In this document: positions 1 to 9,224 of the stretch, piece after piece
Layout of the letters: each line of letters starts with the position of its first letter
Position numbering within the stretch: the first letter of the stretch is position 1
NCBI GenBank assembly: GCA_050230475.1
Contig: JBFLGF010000133.1
Span: forward strand, 46,916-66,915
DNA length: 20,000 nucleotides
Direction of reading: 5' to 3'
Source of the DNA: Ancylonema sp.
Taxonomy: Eukaryota
Notes under the pieces: generated by a model
Database searches by the model: none
Seen by the model: the letters and a program-made list of their open reading frames with translations, nothing else
What the model was told of the DNA's origin: nothing
Position numbers and translations under genes: made by a program

Positions 1-628
1 CCTACTAATGAATATGAACCTATTTTTGTGATACTAACTTAACTATTATCAGTGCAAGCTATGAGATATATCCATTTAAATTCCTTCACAATGGACAAGC
101 CATTGTTCTATTTACTTGTATGCAAGATGTGGATCACACGGCGTACTCAATATGTGGTACCATCGATCAAAATTTACCGCGTTCGCGATGGTACTTTGTT
201 GTTAAGTTAGTACGGAAAAAAATACCTCAACAAGCATTGCACAAAATTTAATTTACGAATAGCTTCGTACACCAAAAAACTTGAAATTCATACTTTTGCG
301 TATTTTTTGTGCGTATTGTGCAATCATGACTATGCGCGTCTATTGCGTATAGTCTTCGAGCGTATTGTGCGTATTGGATAACCTGGCCGACTGGTAGTCT
401 CTAGATGGAAACTAGGATAAATAAACAAGTACAGGCAAACAAACACAAAATCCATATAAAAATTATAGGTTTTCCCGGTGGATTGTCGCGAACCGAAGTA
501 TATAAGGTTTTGTGTGAGTCGGGCATCCAAGACGCATTAGCAAGTGATCAATGACGAGCACGAAATCGCGTTTTCAACGGATTCACGGCAATGTATTTGC
601 CTGTAGCCAGTCATACATGCTTGGATGC

Positions 629-1084
629 TGTAGGAATTGTATCGGATAGCCATGCTTGCTAGTGTGCTAGTCCGGGCTACCGGTTAGTGTAACCGGTAGG
701 ATTCCTAGGGTGTGCTTGTATTGAGGGGCCGGACTTGTGGCCGGGCACCCGAACATGACGTTTCTATTGTGCCGTTTAGGGCACGTGTGTTTCTAGACGG
801 TTCCCGCATCTAGTCGTTATGCCTTGTCAGACTGTCCGGCATGTGCCGTTGACATAATTTGACTATTACTATGTTGTGATAGGCAGACGGTCCGTAGATC
901 CGACCGTCGGCACACTTTGTTGATTCTTGATCTGTACGAGGCATCGTGGTATACCTACCCGATGCCGACCATTCAATATTATTCTTCCTACACAATACTT
1001 GTCATTGATCAGCTCTGAGAGACGTAGTCCCTTGTACGGAAAGAACCACGCAATCTCGCACACCAATCACGTATCAACGCCAAA
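629..1084 (+). repeat. 5' LTR of copia copy A (~456 bp)
   Basis: Starts TGTAGGAATTGTATCGGATAGCCATG, alignable along its length with 9225-9673 and 13910-14370, and is directly followed by the PBS. The 3' end is either 1082 (CA) or 1084 (AAA). Confidence 0.93.
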
Positions 1085-1085
1085 A

Positions 1086-1100
1086 GGTTATGGGCCCACC
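1086..1100 (+). promoter_or_regulatory. Primer-binding site complementary to the anticodon-arm region of initiator tRNA-Met (half-tRNA priming, Hemivirus type)
   Basis: GGTTATGGGCCCACC is the reverse complement of GGTGGGCCCATAACC in plant tRNAiMet (tRNA sequence recalled). Same PBS class as Drosophila copia and yeast Ty5. Sits directly after the LTR. Confidence 0.88.
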
Positions 1101-1241
1101 TGGCGGTCTAGTTAAAGACGTAGTGTTAATAACTACAGGCATTCCACGCGATCTACTGCGGAGAGAGATTATGAGCTGTGAGCTGCGTTACAAAACACGC
1201 TGAGAAATTGATTGCGATAAGCCTTATAGGTGTTGCCTACA

Positions 1242-1466
1242 ATGACGGAAAAATCATACATTCCGGTCTTCACAAGAGCAGACTACAAGGGCTGGGCCTT
1301 CAAAGTGAAATTTGGCCTAGCTGACAAGGAGCGGGGCGAATCCCCGAGGCAAGCGAAACCTGTCGTGCTTCCACCACTCACGTAGGACGAGCTCGATGCA
1401 CTGGATGCTGCGGACGTCGCTCGTACGGTCACGGCACGCACCCAGCTCATCGGTCGACACACTCTC
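1242..1466 (+). pseudogene. gag: Copia gag N-terminus (not in the ORF track)
   Basis: ATG at 1242 gives MTEKSYIPVFTRADYKGWAFKVKFGLADKE..., resembling the copia gag N-terminal IPxFxGxxYxxWxFKxKxxL pattern. In-frame TAG at 1383-1385. Joins in frame to 2536 once the insert and one repeat copy are removed. Confidence 0.8.
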
Positions 1467-2508
1467 ATGACGTGCGAGATAGGATCGATAGGGTAAAGGG
1501 TCGTTGATGACGTAATCAGTTGATGTATGACGTCATAACGTAGTCCATCGACATGATATGGTGAATGTCGATATCGATGAATTTGTAAGTGTAACTGGGC
1601 ATATGCCCTAACTAAGGAGTTTGGCACGCTTGACTCGCGGCACTGATTGTAAACAATCACCTAAACGACGGCAGGAACGTCGCCTTGACTCGGCAACTCT
1701 CTCAGTGCAGGCAAGTTGACAACGCGATAGCTCTACAAGGATTCTAATCGTAGAGTATGCGATACAATAGTACAGTAAGAACAGCTATAGCTCTCGGTCA
1801 GCGAGCAGCTATTTATGTGTGAGTCTGCACTGCTTGTAATCAGCAGCAAAGAAATCGTGAGTCTGCACACCGACTTGCATCGTTGTAAACGTGTGAGTCA
1901 CGAAGCTGCATAGCAGGCAACGATGGTAAAGTACTGAGAGCGACAGCTCGATCTGCAAAACGTTGATGATCGCAAGTGACATGATGCAGTATGCAAAGAT
2001 TGCAAGCAAAGCAAAGTCACACACACAAGATACAATTTACACGAGAGGCAAGATGGAATGCAAGTCTCTTCAGCGTTAGATTCAGCGAAAGTTGAATTCA
2101 GAGTTCGAAGTACAAAGGTTATACTCAAACTTCTTCAGACGACGCTAGACGCGTGTCGATCTACAATTCAATCTCAATCAATATGTCTCGCGCGCAAATG
2201 TCTTATCTAGAATATTTATCGTCGGATATTCATCGACGGCTAATATTTATGACAAGTCATCACAAGTTGATTGCTGACTAGTACAAAGGTGCCACGTCGG
2301 ATCGACGGATAACAAATGCTAAGCAAATCTAATTCAAATATTGAGCGGGGGCGCAGGCTGACAACTGGAGCTCGGGAGCGGGACCGGGAGCGGGGCAAAG
2401 TTGTAGTGCGGCGGAACTCTTGATTTGGCGCGGCGCAGACGTGATTTAATATAGGGAGAGATTTAGTAGATATTAGGGGTAAATCAGCTAACGATCTCAG
2501 ACGTCGTG
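1467..2508. mobile_element. Unclassified 1042-bp non-coding insertion in gag, with imperfect ~15-bp terminal inverted repeats and 27-bp flanking direct repeats
   Basis: Direct repeats 1440-1466 ACCCAGCTCATCGGTCGACACACTCTC and 2509-2535 ACACAGTTCATCGGTCGACAAACTCTC (24/27). Ends are CATGACGTGCGAGAT (1466-1480) and ATCTCAGACGTCGTG (2494-2508), 12/15 as inverted repeat. No recognisable ORF. Confidence 0.72.
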
Positions 2509-4806
2509 ACACAGTTCATCGGTCGACAAACTCTCGTTCGAGAGGCCTGGTCGAAGAAGAACATCGCTGCGATGGCCTACATCGTCAAACACCTCCAGAC
2601 GGGGGAGCTGACGCATGTGAGGAATCGCAAGACTGCAGCAGAGATGTGGGACGCCCTGACGACCTTCTACGACCTTCTACGACCTTTAGGAAGCCATCGA
2701 GATCGCCAACGCTGAAGCACAGCTCACGGCGATCATCATGGGAGAGGGGGAGGATCTGAGCGACTACGTGAAGCGATTGCAAGAGCTGCATGATCGTCTG
2801 GGGCATCTGGGGGAGCTAGTCAAGCCCGCGAAGCAGACCATCCATCAACTTCCTCAACTCGCTCAACACTCGCTACGGCGCGCGCGTGGAGAGCGTTATG
2901 TCGTGGGCAGTCTCTACACCGACACTCTTCACGATCCCCCAAGCCGTCAGCACCTTGTCTGTTGGCGATCGATGGGAGGTCTGCAACGACCGCAAGAGAG
3001 GGGTGCTGCCGGGAGGGCAGCAGGCCGATTTCGTGGGGGAAGGCGGCTACTCGGGCGGCTCCGGAGCTACCCTAAGTCGACCTGGTGGGAGTGGCGGTCC
3101 CGGAAGTCGCGACCTGTCGAGAGTTCAGTGCTACGGCTGCAACCAGTATGGCCACTTGAAGTCGGACTGCCCTACACGTCCGCCGATGAGGTGCCATGGC
3201 TGCAACCAGATCGGCCACAAGCTGTCGCAGTGTGGACAGCAACGGCTAGGGGGAGGTGGAAGATCGGCTGGCCGGGGACGTGGCAGTCCTAAACCAAAAT
3301 GCAAATACTGCGATAAGCTCGGGCATACATTGGTAGAATGCATGAAGCGTAGATTTGACATGGCATTGGCTGCACCTGATTATAATCTTCGTGAACAAGC
3401 TCAGGCTCGACTTGCTGCATGCTCAGACACACCTTTCGATGCATCCAAATCCCTAGCTTATGCAGCATTCTCATTTGATGCGAGGATTGCCATGGCAGCT
3501 GGAACTGATTGCTCGCATCTGTGGCTTGATTCAGGCTCGACCGATCACGTCTTCACAAACAAAGACCACTTCCTCGAGTACAACACCGATGTCCCGATGC
3601 AGCATTCATTCATCCACACGGCTGACGGCACGCCTCACAAGGTCGAGGGCACACGCTTCGCGCACATTCGAGTGAAGAACGGCGACTCTTTCTTCGTCGT
3701 CCCTCTCACTGCTCTGCACGTCCCTACATTCGTTGCGACCGTGGTGTCCACCGACTGCCTCGTCCAAAGAGGTGGGCTGAGCTTTGCCCAGACCCCACAA
3801 GGTCCTAAACTGACTAAGGATGGAAAGAAATGGGCTGATGTCAGCAAGGAGAGGAATGGTATGTCATTGCTGCATGCATCTATCATCATGCCTGGTTCAT
3901 TTGGTCTGCAAGCAAATCTTTCCATAGGCATGCTTTGGCACGGCAAGTTGGGTCACCCTGGCGTTCCAGCCATGTCAAACATGGCCAGACGTGGAGACAT
4001 ACCGAGTCTGAGTCAGGGAGAGTTGACAAAGATTAGGGGCTCTGAGATTTGTTGTAGGGGGAAGATGGGACAAAGGGGACATGCACTGGCTAGCGATGAT
4101 GTGAAGGGAAGGTTGCATCTAGATGTGGTAGGTCCTTTTGGAGTCAAGTCTATGCACGGAGGTTTTGAGTACGCACAAACAGGGATAGAGGTCAATTCTA
4201 GATTGTCTACAGTATCTCTTCTCAAGCACAAGAGCGATGCTCATAGTCAAACGCGCATCACTCTACATAAATTGGAGGTTGAGTCACGACTGCCGTTAAA
4301 GTCGATGGACAGATGGGGGTGGGGAATATACCAGCAAGGAGTGGAAATGTTACTGTGAGGAGAAAGGCATTAAGCATGAACTGATTGCCCCCTACGGCCC
4401 ACAACAAAACGGCATGTGTGAAAGACTGAACCAAACGCTGATGGAAAAGATGAGGTGCCTGTTGATGTGGTCAAAACTGCCTAAATCATACTGGGATGTG
4501 GCATTGATACATGCAAATTGGCTAAGGAACAAGACCCCCACGAGTTCATTAACCGGGGGGGTCCCTATTGAGAAGTGGACTGGACGGCCAATCAAACTGG
4601 ACAGGAGTCACACATTCGGCCGCCTCGTGCAGTACTTGAAAGTCGGTCATGATAAGAACAAACACGGGGACAAGTATGCTGCCAGGACTGCCTTTGGGGT
4701 GTTTATTGGGATGGCAGCAGATCATGCTGGCTACAACATCTTCGCTCCGCTCAGAGCACGTGTGATGGTGCGGACAGACGTCCGTTTCTTTGAAGAAGTG
4801 TCGGGG
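2509..4806 (+). pseudogene. gag-pol: Copia gag-pol, copy A: gag core, 3 CCHC zinc knuckles, aspartic protease, GAG-pre-integrase, integrase core (frameshifted, truncated)
   Basis: TAAEMWDAL and MGEGEDLSDYVKRLQEL (gag). CYGCNQYGHLKSDC, CHGCNQIGHKLSQC and CKYCDKLGHTLVEC (3129-3341). LWLDSGSTDH (protease), LWHGKLGHP, LHLDVVGP, QQNGMCERLNQTL, RTDVRFFEE. Several frameshifts. Confidence 0.95.
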
Positions 4807-5717
4807 ACCAACTATCACTTGATCATCTACATGGATCCCCACTATGATGCGTGACTGTCCTTTCCCCCGGGTGTATATGCATGTGTTCATGACGCATTGT
4901 TTGAACCCTATACTAAGCATGATAGCTGTGAACATCTCACCCCAGACCTTGCTACTTTGTTTTAGTCCGTACAGTGCCCCCCTCATTCTCAAAACTTTCC
5001 CTTCAGCCCCTCCCTCACTCTCCCTGAATGGTGGAATTTTCATATAAATTTCTTCAGTCAGTCGTCCGTGCAAGAAGGCAATCACCACATCCATCTATTC
5101 AATTTCTCAACCCTCTTGATTCGCAATAGCTAGTACAAGAGAGATAGAGGTATTATCTACTACACGTGCGAATATTTCAGTATAGTCCACTCCTTCTTGT
5201 TGTAGGAAACCTTGAGCGACCACTCTGACTTTATATATTTAAAGGGCTCCCATGGGTGTGTATTTAATTTCGAATACATATTTACACCCCACAGCCCTTT
5301 TACCTGGTGGAAGTTTACACACCTCGAAAGTGTTGAATTCCCCCAAGCTCTTCACCTCCTCCTTGACGGCACCTAACCACTGATCCTAGTCTGGCCTCTT
5401 CATGGCCTGGCTGAGCGTCAAGGGGTCGGATGAGTCAGCAGACATGGTTATCATGCAAAATCCAGGGTCAGAGGGGCCGTTGAAGCCTGTGAAAAAGCAT
5501 GTGGCCTCCCACTCCTCGTCTTGAATAGCTGTTTCCAGCGCCTCGTCATCGAACTCCTCCCCATTATATCGAGGACATCCCCAAAGTGGGCGAAGTTCGC
5601 CCTCCTCCTCGCCATCACGCGCTTAGCTATGCTCCTAGCATTCACCCCCGGGTTGGCACCCCCTCCACCCCCTCCTTGGACTTCCTCTGACGTGCCAGAT
5701 GGAGTCGGCAGACAGCC
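4805..5717 (-). pseudogene. pol: Inverted fragment of copia INT-RT linker and reverse transcriptase N-terminal half
   Basis: Minus strand encodes MDVVIAFLHGRLTEEIY...ALYGLKQS...IHVDDQVIVGP. It is the reverse-complement homolog of ~11376-12308 of copy B. Confidence 0.93.
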
Positions 5718-5891
5718 TGTCGACAAAATCTCTCAAAAACAAAGAAATCGACAGATTTTGGAAAAATCTGCAAAACTTGACTGTTTATAATTTTATGCGT
5801 CGATGAAAATGTCGGATGTCGGGTGTTGACTTGGATGCTTGTCTGGATGAGCAGCATCAGGATTGGGATTTTGGTCATCATCTAGATCTCA
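5718..5891 (-). repeat. Probable short 3' LTR of the gypsy element (~174 bp, TG...CA)
   Basis: On the minus strand it begins TGAGATCTAGA directly after the polypurine tract and ends ...TTTTGTCGACA exactly where copia linker homology resumes. No second copy in the window. Confidence 0.6.
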
Positions 5892-5903
5892 CTCTCCCCC
5901 CCC
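5892..5903 (-). promoter_or_regulatory. Polypurine tract of the gypsy element
   Basis: Minus strand GGGGGGGGAGAG immediately followed by TG, downstream of the integrase. Confidence 0.7.
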
Positions 5904-6065
5904 AGCTACGAAAACTCTGCGTCGGAGGCTGGGACACATAGACAGATGATGTGGAGCCTGGTGAAATATAATGTACATAAACGAGGGTAAAAGGAAGATA
6001 AAACACAAGGGTGCAGGGTGAGGTGATAGATGCCCCCCCCCCAACCCCCCCAAATGTAGAAAATC

Positions 6066-6200
6066 CAATGCCGGACAGAACCACTCCCCTACAGGGATGG
6101 TCGTCAGAGGTGGTGACAAGGAATAGATGTGGTATCCATGGTTGCAATTATCACAGAGGATCATATTCTTCCCGTCCTTACGGTCCCCACATTCTCTGCA
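6066..6200 (-). other. PHD (C4HC3) finger at the integrase C-terminus, two ligands degenerate
   Basis: CRECGDRKDGKNMILCDNCNHGYHIYSLSPPLTTIPVGEWFCPAL fits the PHD consensus CxxC...MLLCDxCxxGYHxxCLxPPLxxIPxGEWxCPxC. The Cys after the His is Ser and the last Cys is Leu. Confidence 0.88.
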
Positions 6201-9200
6201 AAAGGTTGGGTCAGAGCTGTTGAACCGGGTGACATCGATGTTTTTATCCTTAATGGTGAGATTGCATGGGGAAATATTTTTCATATGTTCCCACATGCGG
6301 CGACCATCGCGACCTAGGAGCTGCACGTTCCCCGAAGGTCGAATTTTGGTGATCTGCAGGATCTGCGGGTGGGTTGTGACGTCCAAAGTACCTTTGGTTT
6401 GTCGTTTGACGTAGACGAACTCTCCAGGGTGATAAGTTGCTTTGAGTCTGTCATAACAGTCATGTATCTTGAAGTAGTGGTGTCTCTCACGTTGTTGAGC
6501 GATGGCAAGGTTGCGCATGGCTAACGGCATAACTTCTTGGTACAACTTACCTCGTTTCTCCAGGAACTTGGGGAGGTTTTTGTCCAGTGGTAAGAAGTCA
6601 TGTTCGGCGTCCTGGTTGTTGGCTTGAAACAAAGGGTGACGACCATAGGTCAGGTAGTAAGGGGTGTACCCTGTCGATGCCTGCTTGGTCATTCTGTAAC
6701 CCATTGCAATGTAGGGTAAGTACAGATCCCAATCCTGTCGATGCCTGCTGAGAAGGGTTTTGCGCAAGGCTGACTTGAGGGTTTGTACTAGGCGAGCCAG
6801 CCCATCTGATTGTGGGTGTTCTCTGCCAGCAGTGCGGTGGGTGATATGATGTTGGTCGAGAAGGGTGTGGAAAGCACCTTCAAACTCCGAGCCTTGGTCA
6901 GTGATGACTTCTCCAGGTGCTCCAAAGCGGGCCAAGATGTGGTCAAGAACTGCATCAGAAGTGGCTTTGGCGCACTTATGAGGTACCGCCATGAATTCAG
7001 CCCACTTGCTGAAATGGTCAACTGCTACCAGAATGTACTTGTTGCCTTTGACGGTTGGTGGAAAAGGACCACGAAAATCAATGCCCCAGCGGTAAAACAA
7101 TCCACGAATGGGCAAGGGTTGAAGTTTTGTACGTCCCTGTCGGAAGTGGGTTTTGGAACGAGAGCAAGCGGTGCAATTACGGATGAACTGGATAACCATA
7201 TCACCCATGCAATGCCACCAGTAATCTTGCTGCAAAGCGTGAAGAATCCGTTTGACACCGAAGTGTCCATAACGATTGTGAAGGGTTTTGATGAGTGGCA
7301 TGTGCTCTGGTGGTGAAGGAACAAGCAGCAATTTGCCAGCAGAGGAGGGTTTCTTTTGTAGATTACCCCCTAACCATTGATACTTAAGTCCGCGTCGGTA
7401 AACTCTGTCACGTTCGATTGCACTCAGGTTAGGAACATACTCGTGGGTTTTTAGAAGATGCATGACGGGTTTGTCGTCCCACATGTCGAGTGTTGGTTCC
7501 GCTTCCGGTGTGGAATTTTGGTGATAGCTGATGAAGTAACTGGGTGAGATGGCCGAGATTGGTGGTGGTTGGAAAAGATAACACGGTGTCTTCTCTCCCA
7601 AGGTATCAATTTCGTGGTCAAGAGTTGTTTCTGCTGGTAAGGGGCACCTACTACAACCGTCTCCATTGGTGTTAAGGATGCCTGCCCTGTGTACCACGTC
7701 AAACTCATACTCTTGCAACAATAGTGCCCAACGTGCCAACTTGCCTGTCAGCATGGTGGTTGTCATGATCCATTTCAAGGGTGCATGGTCAGTAATAAGA
7801 GTGAATGGTCGACCGAAAAGAAATTGTCGAAAATGTTGCACTGCCCAAATCACTACCAAACATTCGCCATGAAAACTGCTGTAGTTTTTCTCTGCATGAT
7901 TACAGCTGCGGGATGCAAAAGCCACGGCATATTCATTACCTTCGTCGTCAAGTCGGCTGATGACAACTCTCAGCCCGTGCTAGCTCCAATCTGTGGCGAG
8001 GAAAAAATATTTCTTCATGTCGGGGCGTCGAAGTAGTGGTTCCGAGCAAAGATGTTTCTTGAGGTCGTCAAAGCTTTGTTGTTGCGGTTCAGACAAATGC
8101 CACTTCACGTCGCCTTCGAGGAGGGCGTTGAGGGGCGCTGCAATGCACGAAAAGTGAGGGACAAACTTGCGGTAGTAAGAGAAAAGACCGAGTACAGCAC
8201 GGAGTTTATGAATATCCTTGGGTGCTGGCATGTCGCGAATGGCCTTGGTTTTCTCGTCTTGTGGAGTGATGCCGTCAGGGGTGAGTTTGTATCCTAAGAA
8301 CTCCATCTCTTTGGCAAAGAAAAGACATTTACCAGGGTGACATTTGAGTTTGTATTGACGAAGTCTATTGAAGACTTGTTGCAGATGCATGAGATGGTCT
8401 TTGAAAGTTTTACTCCAATTGGTGATGTGTCGTCGATGTAACATCGTGCATTGGTGAGACCGTTGAGGCGTGCATGAGTGAGACCGTTGAGGATAGCGTC
8501 CATGGTACGCTGAAAGAAAGGTGGTGCATTTTTGAGACCATAGGGTACCACATTCCACTCCTAGAGCTTGCGGTTAGCCCCCCAAAATGGTGTCTTCGAC
8601 TGTTAGCCCCCCAAAATGTTGTCTTCGACTTATCCTCTTCCCTGACGGGGATCTCGTGATATCCTTGTTTTAGGTCCATCTTGCTAAAGATTTTGGCGTC
8701 CTGCATCTCAACAAAAATGTCTTCGATTTTGGGTAAGGGGTACCTATCCAGTGCAGTGTGACTGTGGATAGGTCTGTAGTCCCCACATTGACGAAAATCT
8801 ATGTATTGTCCTTCTTTGTCCTTCTTGCGAACTACCATGGTTGCAGATGCATACTTTGTGTTACGTGAAATAGGCCGAGTCATACCAAGGTCATGCAATT
8901 TTTTACAGTTGGTTTCCACAAAGTCCCACTCTGTTTGGCTGAGCTTGTGTGATCCTTAAAAGATGGAACCAGTGGTGTCAAGAGGTAACTCCATCGGTGT
9001 GTTGTTAGAAGTTCCCAGTTCTTCAAGACTAAATGCAAAGCAATCTCGATTTGATTCAAGCAATGCTATCACTTCCTCCTTTTCTGCTGGGGTGAGATGG
9101 TCACCAATCTTCCATTGGAACTCTCTGGCAAGGTATCCGCGGTGGGTGTAAGTAATTCCTGGGTGAGGGGAATTGCTTCATGCCGATAATGTTTCTGAGC

Positions 9201-9224
9201 CGAGTTAATGATGAAAGTTGACTC

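Larger units (their letters stand above)
629..5717 (+). mobile_element. Ty1/copia LTR retrotransposon, copy A (5' LTR, PBS, gag-PR-INT, then inverted linker/RT fragment; 3' half missing)
   Basis: LTR starting TGTAGG at 629 is repeated at ~9225 and 13910. PBS at 1086. Domain order gag-PR-INT-(RT) is diagnostic of copia. Colinear with copy B from 3403 onward. Confidence 0.95.
5718..9218 (-). mobile_element. Ty3/gypsy LTR retrotransposon (3' part), PHD-finger-bearing integrase
   Basis: Domain order RT-RNase H-INT on the minus strand, followed by PPT and an LTR-like end. Confidence 0.93.
5889..9218 (-). pseudogene. pol: Gypsy pol: RT, RNase H, H2C2 zinc-binding domain, integrase core, C-terminal PHD finger (frameshifts and stops)
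   Basis: FRQCGDYRP, YPLPKIED, FSKMDLKQGYH, VPYGLKNAP, YIDD (8429-8440), FLGYKL, LGLFSYYRKF, ATDWS, TDH, HNRYGHFG...CTAC, WGIDFRGPF, TDQGSEF, HPQSDGLA. PHD-like CRECG...CDNCNHGYH...WFCP. Confidence 0.95.

Noticed and set aside
290..380. Repeated GCGTATT motifs as transposon subterminal repeats
   Set aside because: Short, irregular, and no TIR or TSD could be identified in the window.
620..629. CTTGGATGCT shared with 5830-5839 as a TSD for copy A
   Set aside because: The second copy lies inside the gypsy LTR-like segment and not next to a copia LTR; probably chance.
810..1115. Small ORFs recurring in all three LTRs (also 9402-9662 and 14083-14304)
   Set aside because: They recur only because the LTR is repeated; frames and ends are not conserved between copies.
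4549..5094. 181-aa ORF as a novel RT fusion protein
   Set aside because: The C-terminal half is antisense integrase sequence read across the inversion junction.
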